Shown: one piece after another, positions 27,072 through 35,631 of the stretch
Position numbering within the stretch: position 1 is the first letter of the stretch
How the letters are laid out: each line of letters starts with the position of its first letter
Assembly (NCBI GenBank): GCA_018714805.1
Contig: DVMW01000030.1
Location: forward strand, 1,590 to 65,589
Direction of reading: 5' to 3'
Source: Candidatus Fimenecus excrementigallinarum
Lineage (GTDB): Bacteria; Bacillota; Clostridia; Oscillospirales; Acutalibacteraceae
Length of the DNA stretch: 64,000 nt
Made by a program: the position numbers and the translations under genes
The notes under the pieces: generated by a model
Seen by the model: only the letters and a program-made list of their open reading frames with translations
The model's database searches: none
What the model was told of the DNA's origin: nothing

Positions 27072-27085
27072 AGCCGAAAATCGAA

Positions 27086-27124
27086 CCGGCCGGTATGCCC
27101 TGCAAGGCATACCGGCCGGCTTTT
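27086..27124. terminator. bidirectional terminator
   Basis: 14-bp stem CCGGCCGGTATGCC (27086-99) pairs with GGCATACCGGCCGG (27106-19), followed by CTTTT. Confidence 0.7.
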
Positions 27125-27131
27125 GCGCTTG

Positions 27132-27884
27132 TTAAACATAGAGCTGCACCTGCGCGCGCAGCTTGCCTTTTTTCGTTTCGCGCAGAACCCCGTCATAGCG
27201 GAACCGCCCGCCCCCGCGCACGGATATGCGCTGCCCGGGCGCGGGCTGGAAATCCGGCCGCAGCACGGCGGCGCTGTCCACGAATACGCGTTCCGCCGCA
27301 ATCAGCTTTTGCGCGTCTGCGCGGGAAAGGTGAAAGACCGCCGCAACCAGCGCGTCGAGCCGTTCGGAGGCGATGACCGTCTCGCGCGGCTCCAAAGTCA
27401 AAACGGCGCCGTCCGGCAGTGCGGCGGCTTTTGTGACGCGCACACTCGTGCGGCGCACGCGCGTCAGCTCGTTTTCCAGGACCTGCGCAGCCTGCGGCTT
27501 GCAGAATATGTACGCGCGGTTTTCATGCACCAGAATGTCTCCGAGCATTTCCCGGCGCAGACCCAGGTGCATGACGCCGCCTAAAAAATCGCGGTGCGTA
27601 AGCTCGTCTGCAAATTTCGGGTTCACCGGCGCAACCTCCAAAAGGGAAAGGCACGCGGCCGTCCGCGCTTGGGTTGTGTCGCTTGCGCCAAAGCAGGCGA
27701 TTTGCCGCTCCGCCCCGTCAAAGCCGCCGAACAGCGTGAACACCGCCGACCGGGGCAGGGCGCTTAGCAGGCTCTGCTCATGGAGGTTGAGAAAGTCCGA
27801 GCACACGACCTTCCCGCTGACGGCGGCGCGGTCCGCGAGCTCGGTAAAGCGGCGGAAAAGCCGGGCGTCCTCCGGCGTCTGCAT
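27132..27884 (-). CDS. ylmH: YlmH-like RNA-binding protein (S4 domain)
   Basis: Internal ATG 27884 (GGAGG RBS) of ORF 27132-27953 (250 aa). FLNLHEQ and a C-terminal S4-like region RLDALVAAVFHLSRADAQKLI. Confidence 0.65.
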   Translation of the reverse strand: MQTPEDARLFRRFTELADRAAVSGKVVCSDFLNLHEQSLLSALPRSAVFTLFGGFDGAERQIACFGASDTTQARTAACLSLLEVAPVNPKFADELTHRDFLGGVMHLGLRREMLGDILVHENRAYIFCKPQAAQVLENELTRVRRTSVRVTKAAALPDGAVLTLEPRETVIASERLDALVAAVFHLSRADAQKLIAAERVFVDSAAVLRPDFQPAPGQRISVRGGGRFRYDGVLRETKKGKLRAQVQLYV

Positions 27885-27897
27885 AAGAAGGCCTCCT

Positions 27898-28587
27898 TTA
27901 CGGCGTTTTGTCCCCGTGCCTGCGGTCGTAAAAGGTTTTGGCGACAAACCCAATCGCGGCGGCGGGCAGGGCTATGAGGATGAGGATTACAATCAGGCGT
28001 ATCGGGATATAGTCGTACGCCGCGTCGCCCAGCAGCGTAAACAGAATCACGCGCGGCGCGATGCCGACGACCGACAGCGGCAGATACCGCCAGAACCCGA
28101 AGCGGCTCGCCCCCAAAAAGAGGCTGACAAAGTCAATCGGAAAAACCGGCAGCAGCCGCATGCCGAAAACGGAGGCGGCGCCGGCCTTTCTGGCTTGAAA
28201 ATCCAGAATTTTGCGCCCGCCTTTTTTCTTTTCCAGCATCGCGCGCACCTTGTCCCCGCCCAGAAAACGGCCGAACAGGTACGAGACCGTGACCTCCAGC
28301 GCGACGCCCGCAAGGTTGACGGCGACGGCGACGCCCGGTGAAAACGCCATGCCGACCGGCACGTATAAAAGCGCCGCCGGGATAACGAACACAAGCCCCT
28401 TGAGGATATAGACGCAAAGCACCACCGCCGCCGCCGCGAAAACGGAGGGCGCAGCGGCGGCCAACGCGCGTACATCCAGGTGCGTCAAATCGTGATAATA
28501 CCGCAGAACGACGGCGAACAGGGTGAGGGAGACGGCGACCTTGAAAAGCAGCCACAGCGTCTCGCGGGTTTTGTTTTGCATATGCAT
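27898..28587 (-). CDS. TVP38/TMEM64 (DedA-related) family membrane protein
   Basis: ORF track, 229 aa, multi-helix. RLLPVFPIDFVSLFLGASR block. ATG 28581 is an alternative start. Confidence 0.65.
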   Translation of the reverse strand: MHMQNKTRETLWLLFKVAVSLTLFAVVLRYYHDLTHLDVRALAAAAPSVFAAAAVVLCVYILKGLVFVIPAALLYVPVGMAFSPGVAVAVNLAGVALEVTVSYLFGRFLGGDKVRAMLEKKKGGRKILDFQARKAGAASVFGMRLLPVFPIDFVSLFLGASRFGFWRYLPLSVVGIAPRVILFTLLGDAAYDYIPIRLIVILILIALPAAAIGFVAKTFYDRRHGDKTP

Positions 28588-28663
28588 CCTTTCAAGGGGT
28601 TTTCAAATCATCGGTTCTGTGCTAAAATGCCCCATAGAAGTTTTGGCGAAAAGAGGAAAAAGT

Positions 28664-29578
28664 ATGCGATACGGTGTGATTGGCGCGGGCGCGGTCGGCG
28701 GCGCGCTTGCGGCGTACCTGCTGCGCGCGGGACTTTGCTGCGATGTTGTCGCCCGCGGGCGGACGCTTGCGGCGCTGCGTGACAAGGGCATTCGCCTGCA
28801 GCCGGAAAGCAAAAAAGCTTTACACGTCCCGTGCGGCGTTGTGGAAGACCCGGAGCGGTACGCGGGAAGGCCGGACGTCGTTTTCCTGACGGTCAAAGGG
28901 TACGCGCTGCCCTCCGTTTTGCCGCTTTTGCGGCGCATCTGCACGGCGCAGACCGTGGTTATCCCGCTTTTAAACATCTACGGCACGGGGGAGGCGCTGC
29001 AAAAGGAACTGCCGCTGCCGCTTGTGACCGACGGCTGCGTCTATATCGCCGCCTCTGCGCCGCGCCCGGGCGAGGTAGAGCTGCAGGGCGACATTTTCCG
29101 GGTGGTTTTCGGCGCGCGAAAGCCCGTGGACGCGCGCCCCGTGCTTGCGCTTGTCGCCGAGGACCTGCGATGCGCGGGGATAGAACCGCTGCTGTCCGAG
29201 CACATCCGCCGAGACACGCTTAAAAAGTACGCCTATACGTCGCCGATGGCCTCCGCGGGACTGTATTTTGATGCGGATGCGGGCCGGTTTCAGCGCGAGG
29301 GCCCCGAACGCGCGCTGTTCATTTCGCTCATGCGGGAAATAGACGCGCTCGCGTCTGCAATGGGCACGCCGTTCGACGTCGATATTGTACGGACAAACCT
29401 TGCTATCCTCGATGCGCTCGCCCCGGACGCCTCGACCTCCATGCAGCGGGACATCCGCCTGGGGCGTCCCTCCGAGATGGACGGCCTGCTGTTTGCGCCC
29501 GTGCGGCTCGGGGAACGATACGGCGTGCCGACGCCGCAGTACCGTGCGATTGCCGCACGTTTTGGCTTTACCGGCTGA
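28664..29578 (+). CDS. 2-dehydropantoate 2-reductase family (PanE/ApbA)
   Basis: Internal ATG 28664 of ORF 28523-29578 (304 aa). YGVIGAGAVGGALAAYL Rossmann motif and SMQRDIRLGRPSEMD block. Confidence 0.75.
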   Translation: MRYGVIGAGAVGGALAAYLLRAGLCCDVVARGRTLAALRDKGIRLQPESKKALHVPCGVVEDPERYAGRPDVVFLTVKGYALPSVLPLLRRICTAQTVVIPLLNIYGTGEALQKELPLPLVTDGCVYIAASAPRPGEVELQGDIFRVVFGARKPVDARPVLALVAEDLRCAGIEPLLSEHIRRDTLKKYAYTSPMASAGLYFDADAGRFQREGPERALFISLMREIDALASAMGTPFDVDIVRTNLAILDALAPDASTSMQRDIRLGRPSEMDGLLFAPVRLGERYGVPTPQYRAIAARFGFTG

Positions 29579-29589
29579 GTACCGACTCC

Positions 29590-29623
29590 AAAAACGCTTC
29601 CCGCTGTCGGGAAGCGTTTTTTT
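29590..29623. terminator. bidirectional terminator
   Basis: A5 run, ACGCTTCCCG, CTGT loop, CGGGAAGCGT, T7 run. Confidence 0.85.
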
Positions 29624-29631
29624 GCGCAGCG

Positions 29632-30717
29632 TCAGCCGTTGACGGCCGCTGCGCCCGTTGTGGGCTTTTGCGCCGCTGTGCTTGCCGGCGCAGTCGTCTG
29701 CGAAGCGGGATTTGTCGTTGCAGGCGCAGTTGTCGGCACGGTTGTCGGTACGGTCGTCGGCGGCTCGGTCGGCTTCGGCGCGGCCTTCTGCAAAACGACC
29801 GCCTGCCGGCCGAGCGCGTTGTACGCGGCGGTTACGGCGCTTTTGGAATAGTAGAAGCCCTTGCTTTGCAGCGGGTCGTTGAAGAAATAGCCGCTGCTGT
29901 TGTAGCCGACCAGGACCAGGCAATGCATCGGGCTTTTCCAGGTGAAGGTCTCCGACGTGCCGGAAATGTACCAGGTCCGGTTGTCGCGCGCGCGGGCCAT
30001 GTTGGCCGTCGCCCAGAACAGGACCGGGATGCCCTTGTCAATATATTGCTGGCACAGCGCGTCCGGCGACAGACCGTACACGGCCTCGACCGCAAATTTA
30101 TCGTGGTCGATATACTTGTTCATGGCGGTTACAATGACCGGCGCATAGCAGCCCCAGCCCGCCTCGCTGTACGGATTGCCCAAAAAGACCTTGCGCGGGT
30201 CGTCGCCGAAATAGGTGTTGGTGCTGTCGTGAAACGGCGCGCGGCCCTTGGGCAGCAGGTTGTCGATGAAATATTCCGGGGAGATGTTCATCCCGTAGTA
30301 GCGCATGACCATCACCGCGGATACGCTTTCGCAGCCGGTGGGGTATTTGTCGCGCTGGTTGATGTACGGCACGTCCAGCAGGACGTCCGCCGTCTGCTTC
30401 GGCTTGCTGCGCTTAGGCGGCTTGGTTTCGCCGCGCGTGTCCTCCACCGTTGTGCCGACGGGCTTGGGCGCTTCGGTTGTCTCCGGCGCGGTCGTCGGCG
30501 CGGTGGTCGGCGCCGTTGTCAGGGCGGTTGTCGCCGGCACGGTCGCCGTGAGCTCCGCCTGCGCCGCTTCGTTTGCCTGGTGCCGGCGGACGGCGGCAAA
30601 GGTCACAACGCCGCACAAAAGCAGCAGAACAAGCCCGGCCGCAAGCACGGCGGCGCGCTTTTTCCGATTCTGCCACAGCTGTCGCAGGACTTGCCGCAGC
30701 TTTCCCCCGTTTTTCAT
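29632..30717 (-). CDS. membrane-anchored C39-like (papain-fold) peptidase domain protein with Thr/Pro-rich linkers
   Basis: ORF track, 361 aa. N-terminal TM helix. DVPYINQRDKYPTGCESVSAVMVMRYYG resembles the peptidase_C39_2 Cys block. TTAP/TTVP repeats lie on both sides. Confidence 0.6.
   Translation of the reverse strand: MKNGGKLRQVLRQLWQNRKKRAAVLAAGLVLLLLCGVVTFAAVRRHQANEAAQAELTATVPATTALTTAPTTAPTTAPETTEAPKPVGTTVEDTRGETKPPKRSKPKQTADVLLDVPYINQRDKYPTGCESVSAVMVMRYYGMNISPEYFIDNLLPKGRAPFHDSTNTYFGDDPRKVFLGNPYSEAGWGCYAPVIVTAMNKYIDHDKFAVEAVYGLSPDALCQQYIDKGIPVLFWATANMARARDNRTWYISGTSETFTWKSPMHCLVLVGYNSSGYFFNDPLQSKGFYYSKSAVTAAYNALGRQAVVLQKAAPKPTEPPTTVPTTVPTTAPATTNPASQTTAPASTAAQKPTTGAAAVNG
29723..29770 (-). 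repeat. four imperfect 12-nt tandem units encoding (P-T-T-V/A)n
   Basis: The units GGCGCAGTTGTC, GGCACGGTTGTC, GGTACGGTCGTC and GGCGGCTCGGTC read directly from the sequence. Confidence 0.8.
30485..30544 (-). repeat. five imperfect 12-nt tandem units encoding (T-T-A-P)n
   Basis: The units GGCGCGGTCGTC, GGCGCGGTGGTC, GGCGCCGTTGTC, AGGGCGGTTGTC and GCCGGCACGGTC. Confidence 0.8.
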
Positions 30718-30741
30718 AGGCGAACCTCCGTTGTATGCGGC

Positions 30742-31950
30742 TCAGGCATTTTGCAGGCTGTCCGCGATGGCGCCGGCCAGAGCGTCTATATCCGGCAAGT
30801 TATTTTCCTTTACAGTAGAACGCAGGGAGACGGTTTCCTCCAGCAGCGTGTTCCCCGGCATGGCGGCCAGCAGCTCGCGCATTTTCTTGCCGCTCTGCGG
30901 CGCCCAGGAGCCGTTCTCCATGGTGGCGACGGTGCGGTTTTTCAGCGCGTGCGCCTGCAAATCCAAAAGCAGCGTCTCCATCGGGGTGAAAATGGCGTTG
31001 TTGTAGGTAGACGCGGCAAAGACCAGGTGGCTGTACCGGAACGCCTCGGCGACAAGGTAGGAGAGGTCGGTGGCCGAAACGTCATAGACGGCCAGGTTCG
31101 TTACGCCGCGGTCGGCAAGGCGCGACGCCAAAATTTCGGCGGCGTTCTGCGTCCCGCCGTAAATCGAGCCGTACACAATAAGCACGCCCGCCTCCTCCGG
31201 CGCATACGACGCCCAGGTTCGGTAGGCGCCGACGAGCCGGTCGAGGTCGCGCCGCCAAACGGGTCCGTGCAGCGGGCAAATCAGGCGGATATCGAGCGCT
31301 TCGGCTTTTTTGAGCAGCGCGAGCACCTGCGGGCCGTATTTCCCGACGATGTTCGTATAGTACCGCCGCGCCTCCGAAAAAGCCGCGCCGTCAAAGCCGG
31401 TTTCGTCGGCAAACAGCGCGCCGCCGAGCGCGCCGAACGTGCCGAACGCGTCGGCCGAAAACAGCACGCGGTCGCACGCGTCGTAGGTGACCATGACCTC
31501 CGGCCAATGGACCATGGGCGCGGTGTAAAAGGAGAGCGTATGGCGGCCGAGTGCCAGCGTGTCGCCGTCCTTTACGGTTATGCAGCGGCTTGCGAGCGCT
31601 TCGTCAAAAAACTGCGCGATAAGCGCCGCGGCCTTGGCGGTGCAGACAATCTGCAAGGACGGGTAGCGCGCGCAAAGCGCGCCGAGCGACGCGCAATGGT
31701 CCGGCTCCATGTGGTTCACAATCACATAATCCGGCGTGCGGCCCTGCAAAAGGAACGCGATGTTTTCCAGGTACCGTTCCTCTACGGCGCGGTCGACCGT
31801 ATCGAGAATCGCAATCTTTTCGTCGTCCAGAAAATACGCGTTGTACGAAACGCCGTTCGGCAGCGGGTACATATTTTCAAAGCGGGCGAGCCTGCGGTCG
31901 CTGCCGCCGATGTAGATAAGGTCTTCTGTCAGTTTGCGCGTGCAGTGCAT
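30742..31950 (-). CDS. fprA: FprA-family A-type flavodiiron protein (metallo-beta-lactamase plus flavodoxin domains)
   Basis: ORF track, 402 aa. VNHMEPDH di-iron motif and a C-terminal flavodoxin-like VLIVYGSIYGGT. AGGAGG RBS. Confidence 0.8.
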   Translation of the reverse strand: MHCTRKLTEDLIYIGGSDRRLARFENMYPLPNGVSYNAYFLDDEKIAILDTVDRAVEERYLENIAFLLQGRTPDYVIVNHMEPDHCASLGALCARYPSLQIVCTAKAAALIAQFFDEALASRCITVKDGDTLALGRHTLSFYTAPMVHWPEVMVTYDACDRVLFSADAFGTFGALGGALFADETGFDGAAFSEARRYYTNIVGKYGPQVLALLKKAEALDIRLICPLHGPVWRRDLDRLVGAYRTWASYAPEEAGVLIVYGSIYGGTQNAAEILASRLADRGVTNLAVYDVSATDLSYLVAEAFRYSHLVFAASTYNNAIFTPMETLLLDLQAHALKNRTVATMENGSWAPQSGKKMRELLAAMPGNTLLEETVSLRSTVKENNLPDIDALAGAIADSLQNA

Positions 31951-32111
31951 ATTTCGATTCCTCCTGAGCTGAACACAATAGGGCTTCGGGCGTTTTTTGC
32001 GCGGGCAGCGTTACAGCTTTTCCATGGGGAGAAAAGCTGCAAGCTTGCGCCTTGCCCGCGTCCCGTCGCCGGTGCGTTTGCGGCATATCGGGCGCACTTT
32101 CCCCGAACAGT

Positions 32112-32141
32112 ATTGTAGCATATTTTTTGCGGAAATGCTAC
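32112..32141 (-). promoter_or_regulatory. extended -10 promoter of fprA, bracketed by a 7-bp inverted repeat (candidate operator)
   Basis: The minus strand reads TGCTACAAT (TGn plus -10; the -10 is plus-strand 32112-32117). GTAGCAT (32115-21) and ATGCTAC (32135-41) form a perfect inverted repeat with a 13-nt spacer. Confidence 0.4.
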
Positions 32142-32191
32142 GGCAAAAGAAAGAAACGGCAAAGCGCTGGCTCTGCCGTTTTTCGTCGTCG

Positions 32192-32821
32192 TTATTTTTG
32201 TTTGTTTTCGCCGTTTTCCGCGTCCGCCTTCGGCTTGAAAAAGCTTGCGACGAGCCAGTAGTAAAGCGGGATGAGCAAAAACAGGAGCCACGCCGGGTGC
32301 CACAGGTGCAGCAGGAAGCCCAGCAGCAGATAGAGCAGCAGCACCGCCTCCGGCACGGGCATCGCCAAAAGCCGCGCCTTGGGCTTTTGTACCTTCAGCG
32401 CCCCGGCCAAATGGTAGTAGATGGGGACAAGCAGGCCCAAAAGCCAGGTCGGGTGCCAAAGGTTCCCGATAAACCCGAGCGCCAGGTACAGGATGACCAC
32501 CAGCAGCGGAAACGGGAATTTGAACATCGCGCCCGCCTTTTTCTGCAAAGCGGTCTCGGACGGCTTTTCCGCGGCCTTTTCGGCGTCCTGCGCCTTTTCG
32601 CCGGGCACGGGCGCGCCGGTTTCGGCGCTGAGCAGGTCGTCCAGCGTTATGCCGTAAAGCTGCGCGAGCGCCATCAGGTTGTCGGTGTCGGGCGAGGCCT
32701 CCGCGCGCTCCCATTTGGAGATGGCCTGACGGCTGAGGCCGAGCTTTTCGGCCAGCGCCTCCTGCGACAGGCCGTTGGCCTTGCGCAGCGCGACCAGGCG
32801 GTTCGCTATGGCGATGTTCAT
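32192..32821 (-). CDS. XRE-family HTH protein with C-terminal transmembrane helices
   Basis: Internal ATG 32821 of ORF 32192-32899 (209 aa). LSQEALAEKLGLSRQAISKWE HTH, followed by four hydrophobic segments with repeated LWHP(T/A)WLL. Confidence 0.65.
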   Translation of the reverse strand: MNIAIANRLVALRKANGLSQEALAEKLGLSRQAISKWERAEASPDTDNLMALAQLYGITLDDLLSAETGAPVPGEKAQDAEKAAEKPSETALQKKAGAMFKFPFPLLVVILYLALGFIGNLWHPTWLLGLLVPIYYHLAGALKVQKPKARLLAMPVPEAVLLLYLLLGFLLHLWHPAWLLFLLIPLYYWLVASFFKPKADAENGENKQK

Positions 32822-32846
32822 GCTTTCCACTTCCTTTGCGTCTGTG

Positions 32847-33731
32847 TCAATAGCCCATTTCCGCACAGTTCTTCTGGTGCTCCTCATACGTCGCGGCAAA
32901 GCGCGATTCGTACGGGGGCTCGGTGTCTATCACGAAAAATTTGTAGTCCGTGTCGGCCGGGTCAAGCGCCGCGTTGATGGACGACAGCCCCGGGTTGCAG
33001 ATGGGCCCGGCGGGCAGCGCGTCGCAGCGGTACGTGTTGTAGTAGTATTTGTAGTGGTCAATCTGGTCGGGGTATTGCAGCTCGATAACGCCGGTGCAGT
33101 ATTTGACGGTCACGTCGCATTGCAGCGGGTCCCCGTCCTTTAAGCGGTTATAGAGCACCGAGGCAATCAGCGTGCGCTGCTCGGCGGTGAACGCTTCCTT
33201 TTCAATAATGGAGGCGACGGTCAAAATCTCGTGCATGGAGTAGCCCATGGCCTTCGCCTTTTGCTGCATACTGTCCGTCAGGCGCGCCTCGCTCGCATCG
33301 AGCATCGCGTCGAGCACGGCCTTGGGGTCGGTGTTTTTCTCGAATTCATAGGTCGCGGGGAACAAATATCCCTCGAGCTTGAAGCAGACGTTGTCGGCCG
33401 CGCGCACGCCGGCAAGCAGCGGCCGGCTCGACAGGTCGTAGCTTTGCGCCGCTTCCAAAAACGCGTCGCCCGAGCAGACGCCCTTTTCCTCCAAAAGCCA
33501 GGAAATGCGCACAAGCGTATACCCTTCGGGAACGGTGACGGAAATGAGATTGGACTGCTGCACGGGGCTTGTCTGCGGAGCGTCGGTGCCGTCGGCATAT
33601 ACGCCGCCGGAAAACCGCGTCGTGCCGTAGGGACTTGTGCCGTCCGACGGCGCATCCGCGTCGGTCCCGCAGGCCGTAAGCAGAAGCAAAAGCCCCGCCA
33701 AGGCTATGCAAAAGAACGATTTGCGCTTCAT
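32847..33731 (-). CDS. mltG: endolytic murein transglycosylase MltG (YceG-like)
   Basis: Internal ATG 33731 of ORF 32847-33821 (294 aa). Lipobox LLLTACG. ASIIEKE, VLYNRL and LQCD blocks of the YceG family. Confidence 0.8.
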   Translation of the reverse strand: MKRKSFFCIALAGLLLLLTACGTDADAPSDGTSPYGTTRFSGGVYADGTDAPQTSPVQQSNLISVTVPEGYTLVRISWLLEEKGVCSGDAFLEAAQSYDLSSRPLLAGVRAADNVCFKLEGYLFPATYEFEKNTDPKAVLDAMLDASEARLTDSMQQKAKAMGYSMHEILTVASIIEKEAFTAEQRTLIASVLYNRLKDGDPLQCDVTVKYCTGVIELQYPDQIDHYKYYYNTYRCDALPAGPICNPGLSSINAALDPADTDYKFFVIDTEPPYESRFAATYEEHQKNCAEMGY

Positions 33732-33854
33732 GTTTCTTTCTCCTGTAGGTCTGCGGACGCACGCCCGCCGTTGTGTGTGCGGAATACACGTTATTTTAGC
33801 AGATTTTCGCACGCATTGCAACTTTCCCGCGAAAAAAAGGCGAGACTTTTCCCG

Positions 33855-34964
33855 TCATCCCCGCGCCGCAAAGCTGCCGGTCAGACGGGCCCTTACGGCG
33901 GCAAATTCCGGCGCGCAGGCCGAAAAAAAGGCTTGGTACGCCGCGCAGTAATCGGCGCTTTCCCGCGTGCGGCGGCAGCCGCCCGCCCGGCACAGCCGGA
34001 AATGGGGGCAGTCTTTGCAGCGCCCGGGCGTTTCGGGGAACGAGGCGTAGAACCGTCTTGCGGGCTCGCTTTGCGCCAGCGTTTGAAAATCCGACGTCAA
34101 AATGTTCCCGAGCCGGTATTCGTCCGTGCAGTAAAAGTCGCACGGATAGACGTCGCCGTTGCTTTCCGCGACGAACTGCGGTGAGCAGCGCCCCGCCATG
34201 CCGCATTGCTCCGGCGCACCGCCCAGGTCCATGCGCACCCAGTTGTCAAATTCCCGCACGCTGATATAGTCGCCCGCAAGCAAATCCGCCGCGTACAGCC
34301 GGAACACGCGCACAAGGAAGTCCGCATACTGCGCGTTCGTCATGTAGAGGTCGCTTTTCTCCGCCGAGCCGAACGGCCGCAGACAGGGGATGAACTGCAA
34401 ATAGCGAAACCCCTGCTTTTTGAAAAAGCGGTAGATGCGCTCGCCGTTTTCGGCCGTGTGCCCCGTGAGCACCGTTACAATGTTGAAGTCCGCCCCGGCT
34501 TTTTTAAGCTGGGAAGCGGCGCCGCTTATTTTATGGAACGCGTTTTTCCCGTCGGGCGTTTTCCGAAAGCGGTTGCCGTCAAAATCGCCGTCGAGGCTGA
34601 GGCCCACAAGGAACCCGTGCTTTTTGCAAAACCGGGCGAACGCCGGCGTCATGGTCGTGCCGTTGGTCTGCAGGGCGTACTGCACCGGGCTTCGCTTTTC
34701 GTTTTTCTGCTCTGCCGTGCGCACGAAATGCGCAAAATAGGGGAGCCCCGCGAGCGTAGGCTCGCCGCCCTGAAAAACGAACGAAACGCCCGCGCCGTCG
34801 GCGTAGGCAAACGCCTTTTCCACAAGAGCCTCGGTCGTTTCTGGCTGCATGACGCCGAAGCCGAGGTGCTCGCGGTGCTCGGAAACATCCCGATAAAAGC
34901 AGTATTCGCAGCTTAAATTGCAAAGGGAAGAGGCGGGCTTAATCATCAAAGAAATTGCGGGCAT
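33855..34964 (-). CDS. radical SAM/SPASM maturase, anaerobic sulfatase-maturase-like
   Basis: ORF track, 369 aa. CNLSCEYCFY radical-SAM cluster and a Cys-rich C-terminal SPASM region (CGMAGRC, CDFYC, CKDCPHFRLCRAGGC). AAGGAG RBS. Confidence 0.7.
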   Translation of the reverse strand: MPAISLMIKPASSLCNLSCEYCFYRDVSEHREHLGFGVMQPETTEALVEKAFAYADGAGVSFVFQGGEPTLAGLPYFAHFVRTAEQKNEKRSPVQYALQTNGTTMTPAFARFCKKHGFLVGLSLDGDFDGNRFRKTPDGKNAFHKISGAASQLKKAGADFNIVTVLTGHTAENGERIYRFFKKQGFRYLQFIPCLRPFGSAEKSDLYMTNAQYADFLVRVFRLYAADLLAGDYISVREFDNWVRMDLGGAPEQCGMAGRCSPQFVAESNGDVYPCDFYCTDEYRLGNILTSDFQTLAQSEPARRFYASFPETPGRCKDCPHFRLCRAGGCRRTRESADYCAAYQAFFSACAPEFAAVRARLTGSFAARG

Positions 34965-34976
34965 GGTTCCGGCTCC

Positions 34977-35576
34977 TTACGCGTTCGGGTCAAACAGCGG
35001 GTAGCGGTTTTTATCCGCCCCTGTAATTTCACGCACCACGCGGCAGGGCACGCCCACGGCGACGACGTTTGCGGGGATGTCCCTGGTCACCACGCTGCCC
35101 GCGCCGATAACCGCGTTGTCCCCAATCGTCACGCCCGCGAGCACCGTCGAGCCCGCGCCAATCCAGACGTTGTTCCCAACGGTGATGGGCTTTGCAATCT
35201 CGAGCCCCGCCATGCGCTGCGCCGGGTCGGTCGGGTGCTCGGCGGTCGTAAAGCAGCAGTTGGGGGCGATGAACACATGGTCGCCGAAGGTAACCCTCGC
35301 CCCGTCGGTGATGACCAGGTTGTGGTTCGCATAGAACCAGTCGCCGACCGTGATGTTGTAGCCGTAGTCGCACCAAAACGGCGGGGTAAAGATGACCTCC
35401 TTCCCCATTTTCCCGAGCAGCGTTTGCAGGATTTCGGCCTGCGCTTCCCGGTCGTTGGGGTTGAGCTTGTTAAAGGCGTAGCACTTGTCCTTTGCCTTTT
35501 GGATTTCCGCCTCAAATGCGGGGTTGTAGCAGCCCTGGAACAGGCAGTACAGCGGAACTTCGGGTCTGTTTTCCAT
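34977..35576 (-). CDS. sugar O-acetyltransferase (maltose/galactoside acetyltransferase family)
   Basis: Internal ATG 35576 of ORF 34977-35891 (199 aa). Mac N-terminal region, then hexapeptide repeats. NVWIGAGSTVLAGVTIGDNAVIGAGSVV. Confidence 0.8.
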   Translation of the reverse strand: MENRPEVPLYCLFQGCYNPAFEAEIQKAKDKCYAFNKLNPNDREAQAEILQTLLGKMGKEVIFTPPFWCDYGYNITVGDWFYANHNLVITDGARVTFGDHVFIAPNCCFTTAEHPTDPAQRMAGLEIAKPITVGNNVWIGAGSTVLAGVTIGDNAVIGAGSVVTRDIPANVVAVGVPCRVVREITGADKNRYPLFDPNA

Positions 35577-35592
35577 GCCGGTTTTCTCCTGT

Positions 35593-35626
35593 AAAAAAGG
35601 AAGCGCGCCCGGCCGGACGCGCCTCC
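35593..35626 (-). terminator. rho-independent terminator after hydA
   Basis: The minus strand reads GGAGGCGCG, 9-nt loop, CGCGCTTCC, TTTTTT. Confidence 0.6.
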
Positions 35627-35631
35627 AAACG

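Noticed and set aside
29668-32118. The 816-aa ORF on the plus strand is one of the longest in the track.
   Set aside because: It runs antisense across two well-supported minus-strand genes (the C39-like peptidase and fprA) and their intergenic gap. Its product is dominated by Arg/Gly/Ala/Pro with no motifs. This is a typical stop-codon-poor antisense frame in high-G+C DNA.
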